Source of the DNA: Eledone cirrhosa
Lineage: Eukaryota
Length of the DNA stretch: 64,000 bases
Direction: 5' to 3'
Assembly: GCA_964016885.1 (NCBI GenBank)
Contig: OZ024742.1
Span: 34,224,001-34,288,000, forward strand
Part shown: piece after piece, positions 39,065-54,169 of the stretch
Layout of the letters: the number at the start of each line of letters is the position of its first letter
Numbering within the stretch: position 1 is the first letter of the stretch
Notes under the pieces: generated by a model
What the model was told of the DNA's origin: nothing
The model's database searches: none
What the model saw: only the letters and a program-made list of their open reading frames with translations
Position numbers and translations under genes: made by a program

Positions 39065-39068
<4 letters not shown>
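38513..39068 (+). mobile_element. ORF-less ~483-bp unit with ~72-bp terminal direct repeat and one HHR (retrozyme-like)
   Basis: 38513-38585 matches 38996-39068; homologous to 55160-55982; (TA)n both sides. Confidence 0.8.
38704..38748 (+). ncRNA. minimal type-I hammerhead ribozyme
   Basis: AACGGTG-CTGATGA-TAGCT-AACA-AGCTT-GAAA-CTAG-TA-CATCGTT. Confidence 0.88.
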
Positions 39069-39117
<49 letters not shown>

Positions 39118-39143
39118 TCAGCGAGGATCGTATTCTGGCGGGT

Positions 39144-39209
<66 letters not shown>

Positions 39210-39359
39210 ATAGCCACCGACATATCACAATGGTTGCATAACTACACCGATGATTGCGTAAGAATCTGACGCAATCACATGAATAACCACGTAACAGAAA
39301 TATATATAATGCAATACACAATTATGGTGATTTAATCCCGTCATAGCTACCATCATTTG

Positions 39360-39468
<109 letters not shown>

Positions 39469-39811
39469 TGTGTGTGTGTGTGAGAGTGAGAGAGAGTGTG
39501 TGTGTGTAAATAAGATCGTTATTGATAAAACCTGTCTATTCACCATTTGGACGCTTTTACTGTCTCAGAAATTACTACTTCATGGGAAACATACCAAATT
39601 TAGTTAGATCTCTAGAAAATGAATAGAATTAAGTTCAAAATAGGTTAAATTAAGGCCATACGCTTTCCAAAACAAACTGAAACCAGCCTCCTAAAGAAAT
39701 CTTTTGGATCTATCCTAAATACGATAAGCTTCTACTATCTTAACATCTATACACATATATACATTTATACATATAATTTAGAAGAGATATAAAAGCCGGA
39801 CAATGCATATA

Positions 39812-40003
39812 ATTGTTTCTACTTTTGGCACAGGGCCAGCAATTATCCCAGTGTATTACTGGTACTTTATTTTATCGACCCCGTAAGGATGAAAGGCAAC
39901 GTTGACCTCGGCAGTATTTGAACGCAGAATGGCAAGGGCTCTATGTGTCACTCTATGTGTCAAAGCATGGCGTCCGACCCTCTACCGATACTGCCAATCC
40001 ACC
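39812..40003 (-). mobile_element. SINE family A
   Basis: Reverse complement matches family A. Confidence 0.8.
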
Positions 40004-40346
40004 ACACTTAATGCATATCATGAAATATGTAAAACAGGAATTTATTCAAAACGTTCAGTCTTAATAAACTCTTTTCATGAAAGAGGAAGTTCCACTGGCA
40101 TATTTCAGTAAATCAACATGGTAATGTCTATGTGTATGTGTGTGAAGTGATCATAGTTATTCATAAAACTGAAAGAACTAAGCATATTTGATATATTTAT
40201 ATTCCGACATTCTCATATATGTATATATGTTCAAATGTGTTATACATAAATATTCATTATTCAATTAAGCTGAAGAGGACTGCACATTATGCAAATGAAA
40301 CTGGCCATTATATTTATTTCCCATTTTTTGTTTGATATAATGTTTG

Positions 40347-40407
<61 letters not shown>

Positions 40408-40642
40408 ATATATATATATATATGTTTGAGTATGTGTTACCGACACTTCCGTATGCAGGGCAGAGCACTCAACCAAGTGCGCAGGTGGGTTTGTTTACTC
40501 CGAAGTAATTTAAAAACAAGAAGTATAAGACAACAGGTAAAATAAACTGTGTTTATTCATATTCTATATTCGCTGTTATATATATTTCCGAAATATATAT
40601 AACAGTGAATATGAATGAACGAAGTTAATTTTAACATGTTGA

Positions 40643-40707
<65 letters not shown>

Positions 40708-42335
40708 GCTCTCTGTATATCTCTCTATCTGTATCTCTCTCTATATCTCTCTCCCTCTATCTCTGTATGATGAGGAAACTTGTCTACTGTGAATTGTTCG
40801 TAGGCAATTATTTACCTTTTTTGTGTGTACAGGAGACAATAAGAAAATCTTCTTCACATTTGGTTGAATTTTCACAGCGAGGCATATAAAATGTAGTTAC
40901 GCTTATATTAAATTTATGTTGTGGATATTCCTATTCCACGGCATTCCACTGTTATATGAGAAGATGGGGAGAGTTTGATTTAACTGAGATACATTCAACT
41001 AATTTGGCTTGCTGTTAGACAGCGGTAGTAAATTAATTTTCAATTTATGAGGTTGAAAAAGTGATACAGAGAAAATATTGTAGAAATGACCGCTGTATTG
41101 TTAGTAGTATATGTTAGTTGTATTCATAAGTGAGCCGTAAATTTCATGTAAAAGAGGATTATAATAAGACATATATGTGGGGGGCTGTTTTTATTTTTGC
41201 CCGTGTGTGTATTGGTGCGCTTGTATGTGTGTGTTTGTGTTTGTTTGTTTGTGTGTATTTGCACACGCCTTGCGCGTGTGTAGTAATTATTAATTAAAAT
41301 TGTACTTTATGTGAGCAAAACACTTCCATATGATTCTTAGCATAATGAACGGACTGGGTTGAATACCCCCTCCCCCACATATATCGACGAAAAGTTTTCT
41401 AGTATTTCAATCAATGTAACAGACTTGAAATTACCGTTCAAGGGGATGGATGATTTCACACCCACGTACTCTTAAATTAATTCTGAGAGAGATTAAGCGT
41501 GACAATGTGTCACAAAATTGGCTCTATAAATTACAAGGTACAGTGAACTCAAAGTGTTCTTAAGCAGTTTCCGTCTATCAATTTCCACTTACAAAGATTG
41601 GTCCGAAACGCCGGAGTCGTCTGATAGCGAAGCAAGCTTCTTAAACATTCGACTACGCTGCGATTATGATAAAGTGACTATGGATAGGAAAATGGCAAGT
41701 GCCTTACCTCTTGATGGAGTTGTAGGGGTACCTTCCTGACACACGGTGTGTGTTGGTCATTTAAACATGGCAGAGCTGACCTCTCTCTATGTCTAAACAG
41801 ACATCTAGTGAAGGAGGAAAGCGGAAGAAAGCGATAAAGAGCAATAATGGAAGTTTGGATGCCAGGAATGAACTGATATTTTATTTGTTAACCTTGAAAG
41901 GATGAAACGCAAAGCTGTGGGGTTTAAAATAAGAATGCAGGAACCAGAATAAATACCGAGGTATTAAATCCAATGTCCTAACTAGTCTGCTAAGTCGCAG
42001 TCTTCTATTTACATATGGATAAAAGAAATTTGCAAGTTTTAATAGTGGAATTCAAGGAATGTATAAGATATAAAGAACATGAGAAAAAGCTAAAACCATA
42101 ACAAAATATACTAGTACGGCTTCTCCACAAATACAAAGACAAACAGAATTCAGGCTGATTGGTATAATGAATATATATATTTTTTTCTTTTATTTGTGTG
42201 TTTGCATGTATTGGTCCAAGTATGTATATATGCGTGTGTTTGTGTGTTTGTACATGTGTGCATATGCATACATATATTTCTCTCTCTCTCACACACACAC
42301 ACTCTCTCTCTCTGTATATATGTATACACACACAC

Positions 42336-42436
<101 letters not shown>

Positions 42437-42578
42437 GTTTTCAACTAGCAATAACCACGCCTCGGATATACCTCATTGGCCATGGTACCTATATATATAG
42501 TCTTCACATTTATTATTATCACTATATATATATATAGTGATAATAATAAATGTGAAGACTAAAATCTGAAGAGGGCTC

Positions 42579-42653
<75 letters not shown>

Positions 42654-42686
42654 GTGTGTCTGTGTTCGTATCTGTAAGAGATAGAG

Positions 42687-42725
<39 letters not shown>

Positions 42726-42953
42726 GCGAGAGAGACAGAGAGAGAGAAAGAGGGAGAGAGAAAAAGAGAGAGGGGGGTAGCTAAATATCAGCTTCTTGAA
42801 TACAGTGAGGCTACGGTAATATTTTATCACTATTTGCTATATATAAACCTTTGTTCGTACTACCTCTTTGTTTTGTTCTCGTTCCATTTTTCACTATATA
42901 TATATATGATGTTTGGTTATTAAATGTTTGAAAGGTTAAATAATCGTTGATTA

Positions 42954-43076
<123 letters not shown>

Positions 43077-43122
43077 GGATAAATATATATCAAATATATA
43101 AGAATCCAAGAGCAAATATTTA

Positions 43123-43181
<59 letters not shown>

Positions 43182-43526
43182 AGTATATGTGTGTTGTGTG
43201 TAAAGCGAAATGGCAAGGAGGCAACAGCAGTAATAACTAGAAAAAACAGTCGATATCACAAGAGTATAGTTGTGCTAACGTTCCCCTTCATATTCTTAAT
43301 TTATGGTTTCCCCAATGACAAACAAGACAGATACATTTTCACGCTTTCGTCGCTTCATCAATCACTTCTGTGTGTGGTTGTATGAGTGTCAGTACATAAT
43401 ACTTATTACACAAGTCAATTAATCTACCCTCGGGCTTTGTTAATTGTTTGATGAATATATACGAACTTTTTCATCCTCGTCTTTGAATGAAATGTCTACC
43501 TACATTATACACACGTTGAAAGGTGA

Positions 43527-43580
<54 letters not shown>

Positions 43581-43733
43581 GAGTTATATATGAATATCTT
43601 ACTACATCCAGGACGGCGGTTTAATGCCACTGCGTGACACTTGTGCAAGTGTCTTTAATACATCAATTATTGATATATTCGAGATAACTTTGATTATATA
43701 TATATATAAGTTTAACTATAACTATAAATATAC

Positions 43734-43772
<39 letters not shown>

Positions 43773-44885
43773 GATAAATCTACCAAGAGTTTACGGTAGT
43801 GTCCAATCCGTATGAAGAACTCAATGTATTCCGGATATCATGGAAAGAAGAGATGTAATGAAAATCCACTTTCGGTGAAAGATAAACGGTATACAGAGTC
43901 AAGATAAAATATTAAACAAATAATGAACAAACAATTCCTTATATTAAACAAAAAAAGTTCACTATTTAACGATCGTTTCTAGGGTATACATGTGTTATAA
44001 TTGGTATGCATATTTAACAGATCTATGTACAAAATTATACAAAATTATACAAATTATCAAGATTAAATATACATACCTAACTCATATATACGCCGTCTTC
44101 AGAAATAATGAAGTATATTTATTGATAATAACAACAATTCAAAATATCAGTTCAAAATTGACCAATGAAAACACAAAGGGTTAAAAGCAGTTTGGTGTGT
44201 GTATATACATGTAAAAACCTTACACATATTTTACAATAATGTGTGTATAATTTGTATGTGCATACTAAAAAGATGGATGCAAACACAAAATTTCAAGGTT
44301 AATATCTCTGTAAGCTTAATGCGCTGATAAGATACGCAATGATACTTATGGAGTCAAGCATATAAATATATTTTTTTCATACTCACACATATCAGTATAA
44401 TCACACATACATGTGCGTATATGCATAAATATACACATAACCACGAACATACAAACACACACACTCCCCCACTCACATTTATATATGTGGATATAAAATC
44501 ATAAGCAAATAGAAATTAAGTCACTCACATAAAACACTGGCACACACATTTTTCAAGATCAAGATACAGAAATTAGGTGGGAGGGGGGGGGGGGGAGGGG
44601 TCAGTATTAGATTGTCAGACCAGACTGCCTAATATAAATGTATCTATAAATTAAGAAAAATAAAAAAATAAAAACAATAAAATATAATAAATATAATATA
44701 ATGTACATACACATACATATATACATACACATACATACATGTACGCGCACATAGAGATATCTACACATACATACATACACACATACCTATACAGTCATAC
44801 ACACACATACATTTACACGAACATACACATACACATATAAAAAGATATAAATACACACACACACACGCGCAACACATACACACAT

Positions 44886-44938
<53 letters not shown>

Positions 44939-44945
44939 TAGACTC

Positions 44946-44980
<35 letters not shown>

Positions 44981-45272
44981 AACATATATATCCACACACT
45001 CATACCACCATAAATACACATACAAACACCCACATGTATATATATATATATATATATATCCACATACACACACTTACACATATATATACACACATATATA
45101 TACACATACACATATATATATACACACACATAAAAAACAGACATGCACATATATATATATATATATATATATTTCATTACTCATATATATACACATAGTA
45201 TATATACATACACAACCTCACTTATACACATATACACATAAGTTATATTACAATAATAATAAAGAATAATAT

Positions 45273-45325
<53 letters not shown>

Positions 45326-45419
45326 TACATACATACATACACATACATACATACACACAAATATATACATACATAAATACACACATACGAATAAAGACAT
45401 ATATTCACACATAGACACC

Positions 45420-45454
<35 letters not shown>

Positions 45455-45457
45455 CTG

Positions 45458-45505
<48 letters not shown>

Positions 45506-47050
45506 CACACACACACACACACACAGACACACATACACACTCACATATATATATATATATATGTGTATGTGAGTGTGCGCAAATACACATATATATACAC
45601 ACATATATATACACACATACATACAAACACACACAAACACATACATATGCATACGTGCACACACATATATCACATAGATACGAAGATAAACATATAAACA
45701 GAGAGACATACAAATATATACAGAACCCATATACACATACATACAAACACGCATATACATATACATACATATATACACATATATATATTCCTATATACAA
45801 GCATACACATACATACACATATATACATATACATACACATATACATACCACACATTCACATACACATACATATATAATACATATATATACATATATATAC
45901 ATACCTATGTATGTACAATCATATATACACACTCAATCTTACATTCATATTTACATGCTCATATATGTATTTTTATATTTAGAAATAAATACCAAAACCT
46001 ATATAGACACCCACCTACACATATATTCATACATATACGCTTACAAAAACAGATGATAATAGTATGGGGGAAAGGGGGGGGTTGGAGAAGGGGATCAAAG
46101 TAAATATATGTTTCAAGAAATATATAATATTTTCCGTATCTTAATTCAATGTATGTTCTTACATATTTTCAGTGCTAGGAAATACGAAATCTATGCATCT
46201 CAAAACAAAAAAGTATACCATTAATCATATGTTAACTAAACCAAAGATAGTCAACATATTGATTTCCAAGGTGTAAATTAGTTAGGTTTATAATATTTGA
46301 AGCAGAATTATGAAGTCAAACAGTAGTAGATTATTAATTACATTATAACTAAATTAAAGTTAATAACGTTATGGTATCAATATTAGGAGATGAATTTAGT
46401 AATAGGGAAAAGAAACCCAAATAAAAATAAAATAAAGTATTACATCGGTAGTAGCATATAAATTATATGTTAACTAAATTAAAAATTATATATTTATTTC
46501 AATAGTATACGTTAATTAGTATATGTTAATTAGGTATACAATACATAAAGCAGATATTGTATTTCATCAATAGCATAATATAATTATATGCAAATAAAAA
46601 TCAAAATTAATACGCATACATATACATATACATACACATACACATATATATACATATACACACATATATATATATATATACATATATATACACATATATA
46701 CATATATACTCACATAAACAAACATACAGATACACATACACAACACACACATATACATATACATATATATATACATATCTTTTTCAAAAAATTGCACAGA
46801 ATATATTAACTAGGTATATATCCAAAACACATCCCATTCTATGATTACATGACATTCTGCAATTCGTCTGTACAAGGATACTAATTTTAAGCAAATTAAA
46901 ATTAAAGTTTTAGGTTGATTAAAACTAAAACCAAATAATAAATATATTTCCAAAATGTATATTAATTAGGTCTATAATACTAAAAATTCTTTCTCCGTCA
47001 TTGGATACATGATATTATTTTGTTATATTTTATCTGTAAAAGAATTATAA

Positions 47051-47081
<31 letters not shown>

Positions 47082-47269
47082 ATAATAAAAGGTTAAAATA
47101 AATTAAAATTAATCTATAAATTAAATTACTGAGTATATATTAGTAATATTTAAAGGTTTTTCAAAATTTATGATTACATAATATTTTCTCATCTGTAATA
47201 AAATATTAATTAAATTAAATTTACAGGTTAACTAACATTTAAATTAAATTAAATTCTAGAATAATGTTA

Positions 47270-49195
47270 TTAATTAGGTTTATAATATTTAAATGTTTTT
47301 TTTAGTTTATGATTACACGATATAATTAATTCCTGTCTTTTATTTAATAAGATATCCCTAGACCTCATTATTTCAAATAGTTCTTGGGAACATAATCTAC
47401 ATTCCTTTCTATTATTTTGATAAGGGGTGGCTCTTTTGAGCACACTCCAGGTCAAATCATATTTTATATTTTTATTTTTATAACTATTGATTTTTTCTGC
47501 TAGAGATGTTGTATTAGCCAGTGCGGCATTTTTAAAGCTATGTTTGTGGGTATTATACCTTGTCTTAAAATTGTTAGAGGTAGCTCCTATATATGAGCAA
47601 ATAGAATCTTTAGTTTTAACATTACATTTATAGACTATGTTGTTAACAAGACAATTCCCTTTTAATGGGCAGTTTGTTTTGTTTCTACAGTTACATCCTT
47701 TCGTTAATTCTGTATTTGAGGAGATATTATTGTTAATTTGATGTACTGGTGGTATACTTATGGTTTTCTTACATTTATATGCATTATATGCACTTATATT
47801 TTGTTTTATGTTATTTGTTGTAGAGTATGAGAATTTAACTGTAGACCTATTTAAGATTTGATGGTATTTGTGGTTTGGCGGGAAGTTTTTCTCAAGGATA
47901 TAAAAAAATTTTTTAGCAATATTATCCTTAACTTGTAAATTAAAAGGAGCATTATACCAAGTAACTCGTCTATTACGGTTTCTATGTTGTTTATTATTTT
48001 TATTATTTTTATATGTTGTATCATGATTTTTACTAGGAGGATTAATGTTAATGATATCACCACAACTATTTTTAGTTATATTTGTAGATTTAGGTGTTTT
48101 ATCTTTTTTATTAGGAGTTTTATTATTAATATTTATTATAGTTGTATGATGAGTAGTTTTTTGAGGGTTACTATACTTTATATTAGAAGATTTAGTATTT
48201 TGGGGTATACTGTGGGTGGCATTTAGGTGTGTACTTTTCATTTGGTGTTTGTTGGTAATATTATGCTGTATGCTTTCAGTATTTTTAGTAGAAGGTATAT
48301 ACTCTAATCTATTTTTGTGGCCACTTCTATCTAGAGCTTCATTATAAAAGGTCGCATTTTTATCAAATACATCTTGGTTAGAAGAAAGGTTAGAAATTCT
48401 AAGTGATATATTATATGCAAGGTTTTTAAGGATAGATTTAGGGTGATTAGATTGTGAGTGTATGTAATGTAAGTTTTGGTTAGGTTTATGGTAAGGTTGG
48501 TATATACCCGTAGCTAAATCTAAAGTTATATCTAGGAAATTTACTACTTTACTTGTTTTTTCAAAAGTAATATTAAGATTATAATAGTCTTTAAGGAAAG
48601 TTCTAATATGCTTTTTGTTTTTTTCGATTTCTGAAAGGCTAAGGTTGTTAGAAAGAAGAAGACAGTCATCACGATATAAACCACCTTTGAGGTGGGGAAA
48701 AGAGGCATTTATGTTGAAAAGGAGAAAGAGGCCCACAAGATCAGTAATTTGGGCGGAATCGCTTGAACCCATAGTAATATCAAAAAGATTACTGTATGTG
48801 TTTCTGGTCCAGTATTCATTCTGAAATTCAATAAGTGTTTGTCTAGCATGTGTAATAATGTTAATGTCATCCGAAGTTAAATTAGATCTATTTTTAGCAA
48901 ATATTAATGCTTTGTTCAGGAGTATGGGTGATATAGAAGAATAGTAATTATCTATATCAAATTGTAGGAAAGAAGCAGAAGATTTACACCTAATATTTTT
49001 AAACCAATTAATTACCTGGGAGGTGTTTTCCCAGAGTGGTAAAATAACGTATTTTCTTAATTGTGGGATGACTCTATCTAAAATTTTTTTGCTAATTATT
49101 CCAATATCTGATTTGGAGGGACATATAAGTCTAATAGAAGGATTAGAGTTAAAGTTAGATTTGTGATCTTTCAGGTTGAAGTGTGGTCTTTTCAA
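47270..49195 (-). CDS. PLE RT + GIY-YIG endonuclease, uninterrupted but 5'-truncated
   Basis: LKDHK...RLICPSKS, QFDIDNYYSSI, FDITMGS, YRDD, VNFLD, SNHP, WYNAP; CNCRNKTNC (CxCx5C) linker; IVYKC...YIGAT...RYNTH; C-terminal CRLC and SCNH; no CCHH. Confidence 0.92.
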   Translation of the reverse strand: MKRPHFNLKDHKSNFNSNPSIRLICPSKSDIGIISKKILDRVIPQLRKYVILPLWENTSQVINWFKNIRCKSSASFLQFDIDNYYSSISPILLNKALIFAKNRSNLTSDDINIITHARQTLIEFQNEYWTRNTYSNLFDITMGSSDSAQITDLVGLFLLFNINASFPHLKGGLYRDDCLLLSNNLSLSEIEKNKKHIRTFLKDYYNLNITFEKTSKVVNFLDITLDLATGIYQPYHKPNQNLHYIHSQSNHPKSILKNLAYNISLRISNLSSNQDVFDKNATFYNEALDRSGHKNRLEYIPSTKNTESIQHNITNKHQMKSTHLNATHSIPQNTKSSNIKYSNPQKTTHHTTIININNKTPNKKDKTPKSTNITKNSCGDIININPPSKNHDTTYKNNKNNKQHRNRNRRVTWYNAPFNLQVKDNIAKKFFYILEKNFPPNHKYHQILNRSTVKFSYSTTNNIKQNISAYNAYKCKKTISIPPVHQINNNISSNTELTKGCNCRNKTNCPLKGNCLVNNIVYKCNVKTKDSICSYIGATSNNFKTRYNTHKHSFKNAALANTTSLAEKINSYKNKNIKYDLTWSVLKRATPYQNNRKECRLCSQELFEIMRSRDILLNKRQELIISCNHKLKKTFKYYKPN

Positions 49196-50777
49196 TGTCT
49201 TTTTTTTTTTTTTTTTTTTTTTTTTATTATAATTCTTTTACAGATAAAATATAACAAAATAATATCATGTATCCAATGACGGAGAAAGAAATTTTAGTAT
49301 TATAGACCTAATTAATATACATTTTGGAAATATATTTATTATTTGGTTTTAGTTTTAATCAACCTAAAACTTTAATTTTAATTTGCTTAAAATTAGTATC
49401 CTTGTACAGACGAATTGCAGAATGTCATGTAATCATAGAATGGGATGTGTTTTGGATATATACCTAGTTAATATATTCTGTGCAATTTTTTGAAAAAGAT
49501 ATGTATATATATATGTATATGTATATGTGTGTGTTGTGTATGTGTATCTGTATGTATGTTTATGTGAGTATATATGTATATATGTGTATATATATGTATA
49601 TATATATATATATGTGTGTATATGTATATATATGTGTATGTGTATGTATATGTATATGTATGCGTATTAATTTTGATTTTTATTTGCATATAATTATATT
49701 ATGCTATTGATGAAATACAATATCTGCTTTATGTATTGTATACCTAATTAACATATACTAATTAACGTATACTATTGAAATAAATATATAATTTTTAATT
49801 TAGTTAACATATAATTTATATGCTACTACCGATGTAATACTTTATTTTATTTTTATTTGGGTTTCTTTTCCCTATTACTAAATTCATCTCCTAATATTGA
49901 TACCATAACGTTATTAACTTTAATTTAGTTATAATGTAATTAATAATCTACTACTGTTTGACTTCATAATTCTGCTTCAAATATTATAAACCTAACTAAT
50001 TTACACCTTGGAAATCAATATGTTGACTATCTTTGGTTTAGTTAACATATGATTAATGGTATACTTTTTTGTTTTGAGATGCATAGATTTCGTATTTCCT
50101 AGCACTGAAAATATGTAAGAACATACATTGAATTAAGATACGGAAAATATTATATATTTCTTGAAACATATATTTACTTTGATCCCCTTCTCCAACCCCC
50201 CCCTTTCCCCCATACTATTATCATCTGTTTTTGTAAGCGTATATGTATGAATATATGTGTAGGTGGGTGTCTATATAGGTTTTGGTATTTATTTCTAAAT
50301 ATAAAAATACATATATGAGCATGTAAATATGAATGTAAGATTGAGTGTGTATATATGATTGTACATACATATGTATGTATATATATGTATATATATGTAT
50401 TATATATGTATGTGTATGTGAATGTGTGGTATGTATATGTGTATGTATATGTATATATGTGTATGTATGTGTATGCTTGTATATAGGAATATATATATGT
50501 GTATATATGTATGTATATGTATATGCGTGTTTGTATGTATGTGTATATGGGTTCTGTATATATTTGTATGTCTCTCTGTTTATATGTTTATCTTCGTATC
50601 TATGTGATATATGTGTGTGTGTGTGCACGTATGCATATGTATGTGTTTGTGTGTGTTTGTATGTATGTGTGTATATATATGTGTGTATATATATGTGTAT
50701 TTGCGCACACTCACATACACATATATATATATATATATGTGAGTGTGTATGTGTGTCTGTGTGTGTGTGTGTGTGTG

Positions 50778-50827
<50 letters not shown>

Positions 50828-50828
50828 G

Positions 50829-50863
<35 letters not shown>

Positions 50864-50957
50864 GGTGTCTATGTGTGAATATATGTCTTTATTCGTATGT
50901 GTGTATTTATGTATGTATATATTTGTGTGTATGTATGTATGTGTATGTATGTATGTA

Positions 50958-51010
<53 letters not shown>

Positions 51011-51306
51011 ATATTATTCTTTATTATTATTGTAATATAACTTATGTGTATATGTGTATAAGTGAGGTTGTGTATGTATATATACTATGTGTATATATAT
51101 GAGTAATGAAATATATATATATATATATATATATGTGCATGTCTGTTTTTTATGTGTGTGTATATATATATGTGTATGTGTATATATATGTGTGTATATA
51201 TATGTGTAAGTGTGTGTATGTGGATATATATATATATATATATATATATACATGTGGGTGTTTGTATGTGTATTTATGGTGGTATGAGTGTGTGGATATA
51301 TATGTT

Positions 51307-51343
<37 letters not shown>

Positions 51344-51350
51344 GAGTCTA

Positions 51351-51403
<53 letters not shown>

Positions 51404-52178
51404 ATGTGTGTATGTGTTGCGCGTGTGTGTGTGTGTATTTATATCTTTTTATATGTGTATGTGTATGTTCGTGTAAATGTATGTGTGTGTATGACTGTAT
51501 AGGTATGTGTGTATGTATGTATGTGTAGATATCTCTATGTGCGCGTACATGTATGTATGTGTATGTATATCTGTATGTGTATGTACATTATATTATATTT
51601 ATTATATTTTATTGTTTTTATTTTTTTATTTTTCTTAATTTATAGATACATTTATATTAGGCAGTCTGGTCTGACAATCTAATACTGACCCCTCCCCCCC
51701 CCCTCCCACCTAATTTCTGTATCTTGATCTTGAAAAATGTGTGTGCCAGTGTTTTATGTGAGTGACTTAATTTCTATTTGCTTATGATTTTATATCCACA
51801 TATATAAATGTGAGTGGGGGAGTGTGTGTGTTTGTATGTTCGTGGTTATGTGTATATTTATGCATATACGCACATGTATGTGTGATTATACTGATATGTG
51901 TGAGTATGAAAAAAATATATTTATATGCTTGACTCCATAAGTATCATTGCGTATCTTATCAGCGCATTAAGCTTACAGAGATATTAACCTTGAAATTTTG
52001 TGTTTGCATCCATCTTTTTAGTATGCACATACAAATTATACACACATTATTGTAAAATATGTGTAAGGTTTTTACATGTATATACACACACCAAACTGCT
52101 TTTAACCCTTTGTGTTTTCATTGGTCAATTTTGAACTGATATTTTGAATTGTTGTTATTATCAATAAATATACTTCAT

Positions 52179-52323
52179 TATTTCTGAAGACGGCGTATAT
52201 ATGAGTTAGGTATGTATATTTAATCTTGATAATTTGTATAATTTTGTATAATTTTGTACATAGATCTGTTAAATATGCATACCAATTATAACACATGTAT
52301 ACCCTAGAAACGATCGTTAAATA
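52179..52323 (+). ncRNA. type-I hammerhead with 116-nt stem II (mirror 43963-44107, minus)
   Basis: TATTT-CTGAAGA-CGGCGTATATATG...GGTATGTATATTTAA...TTAAATATGCATACC...CATGTATACCCTA-GAAA-CGATCG-TT-AAATA. Confidence 0.8.
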
Positions 52324-52373
52324 GTGAACTTTTTTTGTTTAATATAAGGAATTGTTTGTTCATTATTTGTTTA

Positions 52374-52520
<147 letters not shown>

Positions 52521-52608
52521 TGAGTAATATTAAACATTACCCAGTATGAATATAGCTCGATGTAACGATGTTTGGTTATTAAATGTTTGAAAGGTTAAAT
52601 AATCGTTG

Positions 52609-52689
<81 letters not shown>

Positions 52690-53011
52690 ATAAATATATA
52701 TCAAATATATAAGAATCCAAGAGCAAATATTTATTAATATATATATATATATATATATATATTTAGAAACACACAGATACATGCGGACGCACACATATAT
52801 ACATGAATGCATCCGCACCCAACTGTGAGTTAAGGGTGCCAACTTCACCGATGTTGCTCAATGAATGACTGGGACAGACCAATTCAGTTTGAACTAGACT
52901 GAACCAGTATCAGAGTTAAAAATACATTATGAAGAGAGAATTTAGGAACAGTTTAGGTATGATACATTTTATTACTAATTATATCTAAATGTTTCTTCTC
53001 TCTTCATAATG

Positions 53012-53070
<59 letters not shown>

Positions 53071-53090
53071 TATATATATATAGATATATA

Positions 53091-53321
53091 TTTAATACAT
53101 TAACAGAGAAAGCTTTAAGCAATACTCCGACCGGCTTCCGTCTCACTCAACAAACATTAGGATATACCTTAGTATAATCCCAATTATACGTTTGGGGTGC
53201 TAACTATACGTATTTTGCGGATAGCCAGTTGTATTATTTTATACTAAGGTATATCCTAATGTTTGTTGAGTGAGACGGAAGCCGGTCGGAGTATTGCTTA
53301 AAGTTAATACTGTTAATGTAT

Positions 53322-53325
<4 letters not shown>
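53091..53325. repeat. TA-embedded inverted-arm element
   Basis: 53091-53177 is the reverse complement of 53239-53325. Confidence 0.8.
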
Positions 53326-53379
<54 letters not shown>

Positions 53380-53491
53380 TAAATATTTGCTCTTGGATTC
53401 TTATATATTTGATATATATTTATCCTTGTCGAGCCCTCTTTTGATTTTAGTCTTCGCATTTATTATTATTACTATATATATATATATGAGA

Positions 53492-53531
<40 letters not shown>

Positions 53532-53727
53532 CTGTGTATATAGATATATTCATTATTTATATATTTAATCATTTTAAACATCGTCCGTATAGAGCTTGTA
53601 AGTCATGACAGACTAGGGGAAGTATCTAGTAATTCTTACAGTTGAGAAATAAACAAACCAAAAAAAAACAAGATATACAGAGATAAGTGAATAAATAGAT
53701 GAAAAAGAACCCAAATAAAATAAAATA

Positions 53728-53910
53728 ATTGTTTCTACTTTTGGCACAAGGCCAGCAATAAACCAGTGTATTACTGGTACTTTATTTTATCGACCCCGTA
53801 AAGATGAAAGGCAAAGTTAACCTCGGCGGGATTTGAACTCAGAATGGAAAGGGCGTAACTCTATGCGTCAAAGCATGGCGTCCGAGCCTCTACCGATACT
53901 GCCAATCCAC
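53728..53910 (-). mobile_element. SINE family A
   Basis: Reverse complement matches family A. Confidence 0.85.
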
Positions 53911-54169
53911 ATAAATAAACATGGAAGGGCAACGGGAGGCAAGGTAAGCATAAACAAAAGCTAAAGAAAAAATGGGATTCAAGAGAAGCTGTAAAGATTC
54001 TAGGAGGTTCTTTTGGTAACTTCTATGTACTCAAAGATTGTGTTTATATTTGTAGATCTTTTACATTATCTTGTTCCTTTTTTAATGAGGCTTCAATATA
54101 TCCTCTCTCTCAGACTGATAGCTGTTTCCATTCTAACAGATAGCACCAAAATGTTTCTGGGGAATCGCC

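Noticed and set aside
39230-39320. Hairpin TGATTGCGT/ACGCAATCA plus GAAATATATATA-ATGCAA
   Set aside because: No CTGANGA adjacent to the putative stem I; topology inconsistent
40770-41100. Possible decayed GIY-YIG coding remnant
   Set aside because: No frame gave recognisable motifs
43325-43370. Minus-strand TTGATGA...GAAA
   Set aside because: Stems I-III do not pair credibly
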